From Octopus vulgaris (lineage: Eukaryota): a stretch of 64,000 nucleotides of DNA. The notes under the pieces were generated by a model that did no database searches, was not told where the DNA came from, and saw only the letters and a program-made list of their open reading frames with translations. The stretch is taken from NCBI GenBank assembly GCA_951406725.2, contig OX597814.1:221402001-221466000 (forward strand), given 5' to 3'. Below are positions 13,123-26,937 of this stretch, piece after piece. Position 1 is the stretch's first letter. Every line of letters starts with the position of its first letter. A program made the position numbers and the translations under genes.

Positions 13123-13939
13123 TACGAGTGTATACCCAAAAGAAACCTATTCTGTTGGACAAACCCGTCTTAGTTCAGGCGTCCGCCGCTAGAAACTATT
13201 CGATTTGACCCTCTGGTATCTGTCTCCTGACCGGCGTTGTTCGGTGGAATCATACTGCCACGTGGTACATTTTTGTTTTGCAGTGCTTTTCCTCTGTTTG
13301 TTGAGTTTTGCTACGGCTGGCAGGAAGGAACAGCGTGCTTCCGCGAAAATCTGTTTTCTATTGGGGAAAGCAATGACCAAAAACAGCTGCCGTGCGTCAA
13401 ATAGCTTACGAGGACCCTGCCATCAGCGAAACACATGGTTACATGTGGATTTTACACTATAAGTATGACCAATTGTCGCTTGAAGACCAATCTCGTTCAG
13501 GGCGACGTCGGTCTGTCGAACGAATGAAAACATAATGAAAATTCTTGAAATGATCTTGGAAGACCATCACCAAACAATTGACGAACTTGATATGACTGGG
13601 GTGTCCTGAATAAATATTGAGCGAGGAATTGCGAATGAAAAGAGTTGCAGCAAAATTTGTACCTCACTTGCTCATGGTATATCAAAAACAGTCACGACTG
13701 AATGTATGTCGTGAAAACTGGTGTTATGGAATTTGCAGATGTGGAAGAGGTGAAGAAAAAATTTACGAGGTTTTAAAAAGGGATCACTTCGCAAGAGTTC
13801 CAGCACTGCTTCGAATAGTATAAAACGTGTCCGGACCGATTCATTGCTTAAATGAAGCCGAAATAAAGTGTAAACATGTAAAACTAATTATATTAATAAA
13901 TATTGCAAAATTCCAGTTTCTGTTGTGTACCCCCTCGTA
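13123..13939 (+). mobile_element. Internally deleted mariner-like transposon
   Basis: Termini TACGAGTGTATACCCAAAAGAAAC and GTTTCTGTTGTGTACCCCCTCGTA are imperfect inverted repeats with TA ends. Transposase remnant EELRMKRVAAKFVPHLL (WVPxEL-like linker). Confidence 0.85.
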
Positions 13940-14048
13940 TGTGTGCGTATGTGTATTTGTATGAGTATGTATGTATATATCTGTGTGTGTTTGTATATAT
14001 ATATATATGGAGTAAAAGTAACTCTAGAAATATTGTTAGATACACATA

Positions 14049-14383
14049 CTAATGTACATTGTTTGTGTATTTTCCGGTGGCTGCAATGGCGTAGCGGAGT
14101 ATACTAGACCTGCTTTTACTTCATATGTAAATTTTCTCTTACTTATACAATTTCCGGGCATACCAGCTCATGATTTCACATCCATGAGCATATACGTCGT
14201 TGGGCTGAGTAGCTGACTCCTCGCCTTCACCCACGAAAATGGCGAAACATCGATGTCCATCACTCCCAAATGTGATTGAGGGTGCGTTATTTCGCCTATC
14301 CATGGCTCTAAGGTGTTTTAACACCAGTGACATAAGTTATATACTCCGCTACGCCATTGTAGCCACACAAAGCATATACATTA
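14049..14383. mobile_element. MITE-like element
   Basis: 27-bp inverted arms at 14077-14103 and 14340-14366 (one mismatch), with weaker outer arms. Confidence 0.65.
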
Positions 14384-14501
14384 GAATATATATATAGTAC
14401 GTTTAAATATTTGTTGTGCAAGATTTTTTATGTGAAGTCGTGTGTTGAAACAGATATTGTTGTATTTAGGAATGGTCATTTTGCCAGTTTAGTCAATAAA
14501 A

Positions 14502-14620
14502 ACACACGCACTATATATTTGGTGTTACTTTGCTTCAGTGTTATTTATTTTTTACATTAATCTTAATGTAAAAATAAATAACACTGAAGCAAAGTAACAC
14601 CAAATATATAGTGCGTGTGT
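14502..14620. repeat. Near-perfect palindrome (58/59-bp arms, 2-nt loop)
   Basis: ACACACGCACTATATATTTGGTG..CATTAA-TC-TTAATG..CACCAAATATATAGTGCGTGTGT. Confidence 0.92.
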
Positions 14621-15463
14621 GTATACACACACACACACGCACACATATATATATATATATGTGTATGTATATATGTATATGTGGAATTCAGGAATGTCTT
14701 AGAGTGCTTCATTGTTACGTAGCTTCCTGGAGGTTTCGTATACCAACCAACATTGATAAAAGCAAATAAACTACATTGTGTTCAAATTAAGAAACTCTAC
14801 TTATTTCAGCAGCGCTTGAAGATGTGATGATTTACTCAAACACTTTCCTAATTCAATGAAAGCTTTTGTTAAACATGCCGTTGTTCTTCCGTGTACTATA
14901 TTTGAGGTGCTTTCTTTCAGCTTGTTTAAATGCTTATAGGTATGAAATTCTAATACTGAGAGTCTTTCGTGTTTTGTGCACTTAACGTGAACTTGGTTTA
15001 GATGAACTGCTATTTCATTGATTACTTCTATGTACGTCTATTTGAACTGACATACGCATAATATATGTGGCTGCGCATGTTTGTGCCTGTATTGTGTATA
15101 TGTATGCGCTTGTCGTTCCGCAGCCGAGATGAGGTGAATAGCCATCAAAACATATAGATGACGAGCAGTTTGCAAATGCTTAAAATTTGAGCACTTCGCA
15201 TCTCTTGATTCAATGCGTAGTGCTTGTAAACAAGGAATGTGTTACCTAACTGCCACATACATTGTTTAAATATATAGCTCTTGCCATCACTAAAATCAAT
15301 AATTTCCACTATAAATCTCTCAACGTATATTGTACTGCCTATCTAGCATTTACATATAATGTGAATACTGACCATTTTCCCAAACCTACTCCGTTTAACT
15401 CAGGGCATAAACAATTGCTAAACATTTTGTTACTGTTGGAGTCATTGTTCTTTTGATCAACAG

Positions 15464-15548
15464 TGACTGGCTAAAGATTGACAATGTCAACAAATTCTCG
15501 TTTGGCCTGTTGAGCAACAATGAGGATAAAAAGCGGCTGACAAGTTGA
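15464..15548 (+). CDS. Candidate terminal coding exon (DWLKIDNVNKFSFGLLSNNEDKKRLTS*)
   Basis: Acceptor TTGTTCTTTTGATCAACAG, open protein-like frame to TGA, apparently non-repetitive context. Phase-compatible upstream microexon candidates at 15124-15133 and 14921-14939. Confidence 0.4.
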
Positions 15549-16424
15549 ACATTTAACGATGCATCAAGAGACCCCGTGGAGTAACTTGTGTTACATAATG
15601 CTGTTTTTTCTCTGTGTGGCATATTTGATGTCTACTCCTGTTTGCTTAATTCATATGGACAAAGTTTTATAGAAACAATCACTTCTTGTTTTAGTTCTAG
15701 TGTAGCTCTCAGTCTCTTGCACTTTTAGCTGATCGCTTAAATCAAGTGAGTTTCATGATTCATTTTCATGTGCTCCAATCTTCCGTATGTGTGTGTATGT
15801 GTGTGTATACATATATAAGAGAGAGAAAGAGAGAGAGAGAGAGAGACGGGCAGAGAGACAGAGAGACAGATAGAAACACACATACACACACACACACATA
15901 CACACACACACACTCACACACACATATATATAATATACAGCTATATCTGCAGTCGTAATAAAATGTTTGCCCATAAATATACAGTCCTAAATGTAATTAC
16001 GTTCAGATATGTTAGCGATACCCTCAAGGTCTCCGCACACGCTTATATATTGATATACGAATGCACATTCACGTACATTCACGAACACACATTGTGTGTG
16101 TCTGTATGTATAGTACAAAAATCTAAGCGAGAATTGTGGAGGTGTTCGTTGATTTGTGCATTAATATATAATTGAACAGTGGAAATATATACAACACAGA
16201 ATGATGCACACGCATGTGTATGCGTTAGTGGGAATAAGGATGTGTTTGAATGTGTGTGCTGTGTGATATTTTTTGTGTGTGTGTTGGTTGTCACTACATG
16301 AATCAATGTTCACTGTGTTCATATATATATATATATATCAAATGTTAATTGACAGATATACGAATAACGACATAAGCAAACAAACACATACGTACACACA
16401 CTCATTCACGTGCAAATATATCCA

Positions 16425-18075
16425 TAAACTCGTTGCCCCAAAAGATACATAAACTCTGTTTTTACAATTTAATAGCTAATAACTCAATAAAGTTTCATTT
16501 CTATTTTTAAATTTTACCTATTAAGAAAGAAGCTAAGAAGAAACTTTATACTGAAGTACAACTGGAAGTTTGAAAACAGAGTCGGAGTTCAAAGATTGTT
16601 CAGGTGGGAGTTTTAAACTGATATATCTACGCACTTCATAATAAATCGAATTAGAGATAAGTTTGAAGCAGACTGAACTGTTCAGAATATTCCAAGAAAC
16701 GTTTCGGAATATGACGGACATTGACAGGCCTAACAGAGCCAGAAAGTGCATTAATAATGTATTGTCAGACTTCAAGAAAATCAGTGCGCAAATCGAGTGG
16801 TAATTTAGGAATTTCAAAATCAAACGTCCATCGAATTTTGAAACTTTAGGGAAAATTACAGTTCAATAATAGACTATGCTCTCCGTAAAGATGATCAAGA
16901 TAGAAGGGTGGTGGTTTCGCGAGAGGCACTCTGCAAATTGTGTAGAAAATGCTCACACTCTAACAAAGACTATTTGAAGTGATGAGGTTACATTTAAATT
17001 AAATGGTTAAATTGACTGTCACAATTGATCTTACTGGAGTCCTGAGTGTCTATATATTACGGAGGAAGATCATTTAATTTGTCAAGTGTTACAGTATAAT
17101 GCAGCTTAGGATCAAAGTGAGTCATTCGATCATTCTATTCAACTGTAATTGGTCCCATATTCCTGGAATTGCTGTGCCAATTTTCCCTGCCAAGCAATCG
17201 AGAGGACTTTGAAGATGTGAAGTTTTCATTTCCATAGTAATGTAAGGGCCTACTTTGGCGACAAAAGCCAAACAAGTGGATAGGACGAAATGATTTCATA
17301 TAATATCCTCCTCATTCACTGGTCATCATACTATCAGAATTTTTTATCCGTTAAAATGAATTTTGCAGCACGAAACCGGCAACAGTCGATGAACTGAGAG
17401 TATTTATGAAGGAGAATGTGCATTAACACCAAATGAATTATTTTTTGATGTTTATGATTCAAAATATATAGCTAAAAGGAAAGAGGTTCTTGGAAAATGG
17501 AATATGATATCAAATTGAGAAAACTTGACCAAATCTAAAACCTCAACGTAAAATATTCTCCATATCTTCATTACGATCTACTGGTCTGGCTCTCTTCCTG
17601 GCTTATGTACACATTATCTTGAAAATTATCGAATTAAACATTATAGTGGGGAAAAATTGACTTGGTGTTCAACAGAGAAAATAATTTTGATTGTCAAACG
17701 CCCAAACTTTTTCAGATAGTTTATTAGCAACCTGAATTAGAATCGTGTCAAAATTCACGAAAAATTTCCTGAAGAATTTCACGAAAAATTTCCTGTCATC
17801 TGACTATGATTCAAACTCTCTCAGCTTCTACAACAACTATAATGACAAATTTTTACTTTCAAAGATGATGCAATAGTACAAAATGGTGAAGAAATATTTG
17901 CAATGTAATGGTTTCAAATAGGTAGGTTAAATTAACGAGAAATTAGAAATTATTTTATCCCACTTTGATCTACTCTTTTCCTGTTAAATTTTGAAAATGA
18001 TAAATGCTTGTTTTGATAAACATTGGAATTATAATCATTCAATGCGTGCATATATTTTTGTGGGAACTCTCTGTA
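16425..18075 (+). mobile_element. Degraded Tc1/mariner-superfamily transposon (DUF4817-type N-terminus)
   Basis: Remnants VQRLFRWEF, IRDKFEAD.TV and SDEVTFKLNG..HN..YWS. The right end, read on the minus strand as TACAGAGAGTTCCCACAAAAA, resembles a TIR. Confidence 0.65.
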
Positions 18076-18206
18076 TACATACATATATATGTGTGTGTGT
18101 GTGTGTGTGTTTGTGTGGTGTGTGTAAGTAAATAGAGAGATGGAGAAGGTGAGAGAGATAGATTGATAGAGATAGATGGATATATATATAGAGAGAGATA
18201 GATAGA

Positions 18207-18252
<46 letters not shown>

Positions 18253-18529
18253 GTCCAAACATTGTTTCTGTGCAATATCTTGCCCATTGTCCAAGCTCTG
18301 GTGTAATAAGTTTTCCATAGTAGTTGTAAGAAACTCTGAAGAGAGCTGAACAGCAGGGGGTCTTCAGAGAAGAAGAGCCACCCAGGCAAGTCTTTTGGCC
18401 CTTAACGTTTTACACTCGAAAGGGACCTTTTAGTGACTTGGATGCTGGAGACATATGCATTTAAACTGCTTGGAGATATCATCTACTTCTAACTCCTCAC
18501 CGTTGAACAGTTGTCATTAACATTAGTTT

Positions 18530-18735
18530 CAAATTCTGGCACAAGGCCAGTAATTTTGGTGGGTGACGGGGGTGGCAGGTAAATTGATTAAATCGATCCC
18601 GATACTCAATTGTTGCTTACTTTATCGACCCCAAAATGAAAGAAAGGCATTTGAGCTAAGAAAGTAATGACGGATGAAGCGTCGCTTAGCATTTTAACCG
18701 GCACGGAAATGATTCTGTCTGCTTGTCGCCTTAGA
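18530..18735 (-). mobile_element. SINE family B
   Basis: Reverse-complement similarity to 10969-11150. Confidence 0.7.
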
Positions 18736-18908
18736 GATGTCATCAATATTGCATAGAATTACATTATACCTGGCGAGTCCACCAAACTAGAATGTAAAAC
18801 GTGGTTGCAGTCATGTACCACAACAGTGATCCCTTATTAACTACCTGCATCCCTGCATCATCAATAAACGAGCAGCTCTGATGAAGTTACATCATTCGAA
18901 CAATTACC

Positions 18909-18993
<85 letters not shown>

Positions 18994-19012
18994 CCATATA
19001 CGCATCTAAAGT

Positions 19013-19559
19013 TGCACAGACCTGTAGGAAGTAAATAGACACATTTAATTTTCAAAATCTTTTATTTGCTATCAATTGCTTGAAGGATAGGTTTTCTTCT
19101 AGCTGCTCATCCATATTACTCAAGTTTATGCAGATATGTAACACACGTTCTTGGACTAATTTCTAGCTGTATTGTAATGTCAGAAGCCTTCGAACGGGGT
19201 TCGCTTTCCAAATTCTATTCAAACAGCGAAACTTCCTTTCCGAGGGCCGTGGTCGGGCGGGATGAGAATCTGGTGATTCTTTTTGGGGGGGCTTTTGAAT
19301 TGCACTATAATTCTATTAACTTTAGCAAGAGGAATTTGAAGAATTGCCCAACAATACAACCACTTTGAAAATCTGACAGTTCAGCTGAATTTTTTGTGCG
19401 TGGTATGGAAACTCTTCGCAAATGTCTAACATAATGGCACCTGGAATGAAAAAGAATAATTACATTGTAAATTCTACACCGCTGAAAACATATTAAGACG
19501 ATTAAAGCAGAAATTTTGAAACTTAAAGGTGTCTATTTACTTCCTACATTTCTGTGTAT
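19013..19559. mobile_element. Tc1-like MITE with ~45-bp TIRs
   Basis: TGTAGGAAGTAAATAGACAC..TTTCAAAAT on the left and its reverse complement at about 19513-19559. Confidence 0.75.
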
Positions 19560-19796
19560 ACATAGTTTTTTTTATTAATAATCGGCAAGTGTTACGGGGT
19601 GTATGAATGACCGAGTACTTCATGCGTTTACATTAAACGCATGTAACTCACAGCCCGAGTCATTCTGTAACTTTTGTCGCTTACTAATAAAGCTATATAT
19701 ATTCCGGTTGCGAGATCTATTTTCTTCTTTGCATCACGAAACTTCTCTATGTATTATGTATGAATGTACATACATGCACGTATACCTCATCCCAAC

Positions 19797-19868
<72 letters not shown>

Positions 19869-19931
19869 ATGTATATATATACTACACACATATATGTGTG
19901 TTTGTGTGTGTGTGTGTGTAAGTATATGTAT

Positions 19932-20031
19932 NNNNNNNNNNNNNNNNNNNNNNNNNNNNNNNNNNNNNNNNNNNNNNNNNNNNNNNNNNNNNNNNNNNNN
20001 NNNNNNNNNNNNNNNNNNNNNNNNNNNNNNN
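19932..20031. other. Assembly gap (100 N)
   Basis: Run of N. Confidence 1.
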
Positions 20032-20450
20032 GTTTGTGTGTAAGTCAGTGTATGAGTGTGTGTACGTTAATGACTGAAATACATGCTGTAAACTATAATT
20101 TTAGGGGCACATGTGTATAATTATGTAGACTTCTTTTGAATCGAGGTAGAATAATTAGTTTGCACTAAGTTAGACGTGTAAAAAGCTTAAGCAATTTTCA
20201 CATTTCTGAGTTGAGAAAACTAACCCTTCGATGCGGAATAACTCGAATCTTCAGAAATGTCTCACTTAAACTTAGTTATCTCTATGCATTCTGGCTTCTC
20301 TGTTAAATAGGATATAATTCGTCAAATCCCCGGAAACAGCGATTAAGGATGCTTCTTACTTCCCTCTGCTTTTCTGTCTCCTTATAAATATGTGTGTGCG
20401 CGTATCTATGAATGCGTGTACAGTACACATACATACTCACACCCGTACAC

Positions 20451-20484
<34 letters not shown>

Positions 20485-21727
20485 GAGTGTACGTATGTAT
20501 GTAGCTATCTATATAAATAGGACAGGGGAGACATACAAGGAAGCCGAACAGAAGCAAAACATGGAGGGTCGTTAAACTAGAACGAGGGTAAAATAGCGAA
20601 CGCTGGAGAAATATTTTCTTTGACAAGAGCAAACAGAGAAGAGAGAGAAATAGGATACATCCACTCCTTAGGACAGTCCTGAAAGAAAATAAAGATGATA
20701 ACGTGAGAAGAAGAAAGATGGACAATGGCCACGTGTGAGATGGTCACGTGTAAGAAAATGAGAAAGACGGGGAGAGCAAGAGAGATAAAAAACGGCGAAG
20801 GGGAGAAAAAGGGAATTAGAGAAAAGAATGAGAGAGAAAATGGTGGAGAAGAAAATAGTATAGAGTTGCATCAAACTAGATTAAGATAATCTTACTTGGA
20901 AATCGATGCCTGGCGTTCAATCAAAGAATAATGATTCATTGCCCCAGTATTCCATAAGTAAATACCCAGAGCATTCTTTATAGAAATCACCTAATATGTA
21001 AATAATTAAGTTCAGTTATAGTCTTCCCTCTCTAATGTTGAAAATTAGAATATATACACATTTTATCTATTCTGGTAATAATATCATTTTTAGTAATCTT
21101 AACTTTTATCTCTATACAACATAATATTGTTAATATACAATCACCCATAGTACCCATGATAATTTCCTGTGTATTAACATCATAGGTTTTATTAGCGTCT
21201 TGCCCCTTCAACAGGTAATTAACATCTTGATTTTGAGTCTTGCCCTACCCAGCCTCCTTTATAGACAGTTACTTATTCAAATCATAAAATCCTGACAATA
21301 TTTATGACCATACCCAACTATAAAATGTCAACTCACTCCTTTCTAAACAGACACTGTCCTCTAGCCTTCATAAAGAAGACAAATAAATTAAAAAATTATC
21401 CACAATCCTTTACAAGCTATGACCATAACAAACTTCATACAGTTCTTAGAGGTGTAGTATATTCTTAGCTACATTGGTAGCAACACGGTCACTTTCCCTC
21501 TTCTTAATATATTAGAGAATTTCAGTAAAATTATATTAATGTGTCCAATTGATTAAAAAATTCTATTTATTTATGCAGCCCTGCATTTAAATTGATGTAA
21601 TGATTGCATTGTTCAATTAAATGGAGCCACTTGAAACGATCGTACTGCATCACTTCCTTCCTTTGATTTTAATTACCTTACTTTGAGTTATACGGATAAT
21701 AATGCACTGACTTGGTGCTTCAACTTT

Positions 21728-22122
21728 ATAATATTTTTCGCTATATTTCCCACTTCATTACTTTTAAATTCTACTTCACACGTGTTATTGAAGAAAGATA
21801 TTTAAACCTTTGAGCTTTATGTTTTTTTTATCACACCTTATCCTTTCATGGATAAATAGAATGTTAATATGATTATTGCGTTTAACATTTAATTGCAGCT
21901 TTTTTAAAGTCTATATACATTTATGCTTGCATTTATAAAAACCCATGACCTTTACTTTACAAATTAATGATTTTAAATTAAAATTTATGAGAATTTAGGC
22001 ACTCTATTTCGATGGAAAAGGATATTTGTGGTGCAAAATTAACAAAAGATTGCATAATGAATTACTTGCTGAAATATCTACAACTAACCGGATGGATGGA
22101 ACCTCAGTTCTTCCACAAAAAT
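21728..22122 (+). repeat. ~400-bp direct repeat, copy 1
   Basis: Highly similar to 25564-25960 with scattered substitutions. Confidence 0.92.
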
Positions 22123-22177
22123 AATTCAACCGAATCTCAATTATAAACACTCACACACACGCAAGCACACACACACA

Positions 22178-22273
<96 letters not shown>

Positions 22274-22409
22274 CATGCATACATTGGCACAGAACGTCTC
22301 CAACAGTAAACAATATGAAATCCGAAAACAAATGAGTTTAATACGCAAACAACAAGAGAAAGAAATGGAAAACAAGGCAAGTCACAAAAAAGAACAACTC
22401 TGTATGTAT

Positions 22410-23507
22410 CTATAGAATAAAAGAAGGAAAATGCACAAAGTTTGCATATTTTTTAGATACAATTTTATAAGTGAACGAGAATTGTGTTTTTCGACCGGTA
22501 TCGCTTTCGCTAATCATGACATTGAGATTATTTGCAATTTCGTATTTTCTTAAGAAGATTTTACTCCATGTTGTTGTATGGAAGTTTGCCAGTGGACAAG
22601 TAGAAAAATCTAAGTGGAAGTAATTGGTGTTCGGTATTATTCGGGACAGGAGAGATAATTGCTCATTTTTTTTGGTAGGGGAGGATAAATGAATATGCAA
22701 AATTCAAAAGCTAAAGTAGGGAGTTGAAATATATACAGTGATGGGTATGTGATCATGAATTAAAATATATATTGAGACCACAGTTGGTTATGCGTTCATA
22801 TTTAGGCATGTTCTGTACTTTTCGATAAATGTATTTTCTATTTAACTATATATAACTATATAACTAAATTGCACAGATGGCTATGGCACTTAGACGGAGA
22901 ATCACACTACATAACGAACAGATCCACTTCCCATAGTACCGGCAGATAACTTTGAGTGAACACATAGAGAGACGTGTAGGTAATATCCAACCAAACTTCA
23001 CTGTTTTCCCCATCTAGCAGTGCAAAGAAACAATTTCCGTACAAGATCGTTTAAATAAAGAAAATTTATTTATCGAAAAATACAGACCATGCCTAAATAT
23101 GAACGCGTAACTAACATTGGTCTCAATATATATTTTAATTCATGATCACATGCCAATCACTGTACATATTTCATCGCACTACTTTAGCCTTTGAGTTTTT
23201 GTATATATATTTATACCCCCCCCCCCAAAAAAAAAAAAAACAAAGATGAGCAGCTACCTCTGCTGTCCTGGATAATACCGATCACCAGTAACCTCGCTTT
23301 AGTTTTTCTACTTGTTGGTTCATTCACAAACTTCCTTACAACAACATGGACTCAAAATTTAAGAAAATACGCAATTACAATAATTTCAATGTCAGTATCA
23401 GCGAAAACGAAATTGATCGGCAAACACAATCATCTTTCACTTATGAAATATATTAAAAAATATATATTAAAACGATGTAAATTGTGTGTGTTTTCCTTCC
23501 TCTATAT
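22410..23507. mobile_element. Foldback element with ~430-bp diverged inverted arms
   Basis: About 22410-22840 is reverse-complementary to about 23060-23507 (e.g. TGTGATCATGAATTAAAATATATATTGAGACCA and TGGTCTCAATATATATTTTAATTCATGATCACA); spacer about 220 bp. Confidence 0.85.
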
Positions 23508-23514
23508 ACTCCTT

Positions 23515-23935
23515 TAGTCTTTTACTTGCTTTAGTCATTTTTCTGTGGCCATGCTGTAGCACCGCCTTTAGTCATGAAAATCGACCCCAGGAGTTATTCT
23601 TTTGTAAGCCTAGTACGTATTCTATCGTTCTCTTTTGTCGAACCGCTAAGATGCGGGGACATAAACACACCAGCATTGTCAAGCAATGTTGAGGGGACAA
23701 ACAAGGACACACAAACATATACACACACATACACGTATATATATATATATATATCTGTATGTATATATATATATACATATATACGACGGGCTTCTTTCAG
23801 TTTCTGTCTACCAAATCCACTCACAAGGCGTCGGTCGGCCCAAGGCCATAGTTAAAAACACTTGCTCAAGGTGACACGCAGTGGGACTGAACCCGGAACT
23901 ATGTGGTTGTTAAGCAAATTACTTACCACACAGCG
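23515..23935 (-). mobile_element. SINE family A
   Basis: Similarity to 7512-7931. Confidence 0.88.
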
Positions 23936-25266
23936 AACCACTTGGGAATAATCGGAATTCTCCTCTTCCCTTTTCTTACTACGTGTATATACAAGTGCAT
24001 ATTATATATATATGTATATATATTAAGAGAGACCGAGAGCTGTGCATTCACACACACACATATGAAATATGATTTAATGTATATTTCTGTATGTGCGTGT
24101 GAACAGCGTAGGAAAACTGCACTCTGTACACGATGCCAATCTTAAAGAGCTTATATTTAATGGACAATAATCAGTGGATCTGTTCATATGCACAAGAAGT
24201 GTGTCCGCGTGATATTACTGATTATATCATAAATGAATATAAAGATTGAAAACAAGTGATATATACCTGTGCGGAAATTATAAGCTGATCACGTGATCAA
24301 ATTTGGAGGCATTCGTTCTTATAATATTGAGGTATATCACTTGGCGTGCACGGTACATTTCTCTTCAAGAGCACAGGAACAGCTTCATCCCCAATTCAAA
24401 ATGTAGGTAAATTAACTCTTCCAAAATGAAGTGTTAAGAATTAGTTATTGTATTTTCAATGGTATCAAACTCCAGCTTAGGACAACCACAAGACTAGAAC
24501 AGTGAACCTTCATTACCGCTGCCATCAAGAGCTTTACCCAATTCGACATTACGTAACATTTTATCAACGCCATATGAAAATCTCTAACCAAAAATGACCC
24601 GATTTCGTGAGGGAATTCATCATGAGACTACAAATTCATAATAAACGCTTAAACATCGTTAGAAAAAGAATGAGATATTTTAGTTCATAATTTCCATGAG
24701 AAGATGAGACTTGCTGCCTTATACCAGTAAGAAGGCTATTTACCATACAGCATGTTGAAACTAGTATGAGGGAGAAACTTTGATTCAATCTAATAAATGA
24801 CCTAGAAGCAAAAAAAAAAAAAAAAGAAATTCTTAACTTTAATATCACATCGTTTCCCACCCAAGCACAAATACCATATTGATATGATTTTAACATCAAA
24901 GCCAGTTATTTCTATAAGCACAACATTGTAATTGGAATCAAATAGTGCATCACACTCAGCAACATACACATAAATGTGTGTAGGTATGTGTATAACATAC
25001 ATGAACACATACATCTATACATTCGGATATTATAGGCTCTGCCTTGAAGTATTTTCCTTACACAGACCATTCCTAGTGCTTACATATTAAGTGTGGTACT
25101 TATTCTGTCAGTTTTCGTTTTTGCCGAACTCCTAAGTTACAAACCATCATTAGTTGTCAAGAAACAAATACAGGCTCAAAGACACACACTTAACAATTTC
25201 TCTCAGCAGAAATCAGTCGGTCTGGGGTTAAAGGAGAATATACTTGTCCAAGGTGCCTATAAGCCA

Positions 25267-25333
<67 letters not shown>

Positions 25334-25563
25334 TCTTACATTATAAAAGAGTAATTCCGCTACTAGTCACTGTTATGAGATCAGTGACACAAGTACGAGA
25401 GATATTATTTTCGAAATAGTTTCGTTACAACTTTATATCTTCGATCTTTTATCATATTTCTCTTGATATTTCCTTACATTTATATATTTTGTTTCTCCTT
25501 CATTGATACATCATTTAGAGTGCTATTTTTGGCATTTTCTCTCCCTCATCTCTTTTATCTTCC

Positions 25564-25960
25564 ATAATATTTTTCGCTATATTTCCCACTTCATTACTTT
25601 TAAATTCTACTTCACACGTGTTATTGAAGAAAGATATTTAAACCTTTGAGCTTTATGTTTTTTTTATCACACCTTATCCTTTCATGGATAAATAGAATGT
25701 TAATATGATTATTGCGTTTAACATTTAATTGCAGCTTTTTTAACGACTATATACATTTAAGCTTGCATTTATAAAACCCCATAACCTTTAATTTACAAAT
25801 TAAATGATTTCAAATTAAAATTTATGAGAATTTAGGCACTCTATTTCGATGGAAAAGGATATTTGTGGTGCAAAATTAACAAAAGATTGCATAATGAATT
25901 ACTTGCGGAAATATCTACAACTAACCGGATGCATGGAACCCCAGTTCTTTCACAAAAATA
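25564..25960 (+). repeat. ~400-bp direct repeat, copy 2
   Basis: See 21728-22122. Confidence 0.92.
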
Positions 25961-26901
25961 CCGAAAGTGGCCCTTTCCCCTTTCCTGCTTTTATATAACA
26001 GGCAGTTCTACATCTATCAACGCGTAGTAGGCTACAAATCTAAATGTACGAACCTGTTGTTGGTCATGGCTAGCATCGTCACATTATCTTCTGTGTCTAA
26101 AAAGTTGGTTTGTATCATGAGATTAAGTATTTCTCTAAGAATACAGCGAACCCACCTCCCGATTCTGGTCGAGTTGTAGATGTGTACCACTGATTGCCAC
26201 CTCTTGCCTGGGAAGTTCTACTCTCGCTGTTGGCCACCAGATCTATATCTATTGATCTGATTACGCAGGGGAGTTCAACCTGCTCACAAGCCGAACGCTA
26301 ACCGTGAACTTTTACACTGACGATCTGAGCGAGTGCTACTCGATTTCAGGTAGATTTGCGTTACATCTCTGAGGCAATGCGAGAGGTGAGAATGCAGAAT
26401 AGACTTTAATGACTACCATGACTCTTAGTAACTGAGAGGGAGTGTTTTGAACCGCAGATAACAGCCACAGAAATACCGAGAGAAATATCTAACTGCATGA
26501 GGACCAAGTGTACTGGTTTTGATGATCTACATCATGGGTTTTACATTTATATTCAAGACAAATTCGACAAGCACTTGTTAGATATCTACAGCGACCAGTA
26601 TCAGAAATGGGGCATTTATGTTTTGTATGTCAAGAAGCGATGGGGCAACTGATAAGAAAACCGATGAAAGGGGACCGTATACATATTTTTTTCGGCATAT
26701 AACCCCGCCAAGTTACAAGTACGTAAACAACTGCCGTCAAACGCCGAGGGGGACAAATACAAAAACACATACGCATAAAGACATACACACACATACATAC
26801 GTATATGCATATATATTATATGGTCAGTCGCCATGATAGATCGTTAGCCACTACACACACTTGTTTCTCTCCTTGTTTCTCGCCTTGTTTTTTCTGTGTC
26901 C

Positions 26902-26937
26902 CTTTCTTTAGAAGAGCGTAGGCTCGAAACGTAAAAT
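26902..26937 (+). ncRNA. Minimal type I hammerhead-ribozyme-like motif (mutated) in a ~180-bp repeat
   Basis: CTTT-CTTTAGA-A-GAGC-GTAG-GCTC-GAAAC-GTA-AAAT; sister copy at 34416-34451. Confidence 0.55.

Noticed and set aside
20570-20678. Strong minus-strand acceptor followed by DCPKEWMYP..
   Set aside because: Low-complexity purine-rich, repeat-like context, no good donor, and an early stop.
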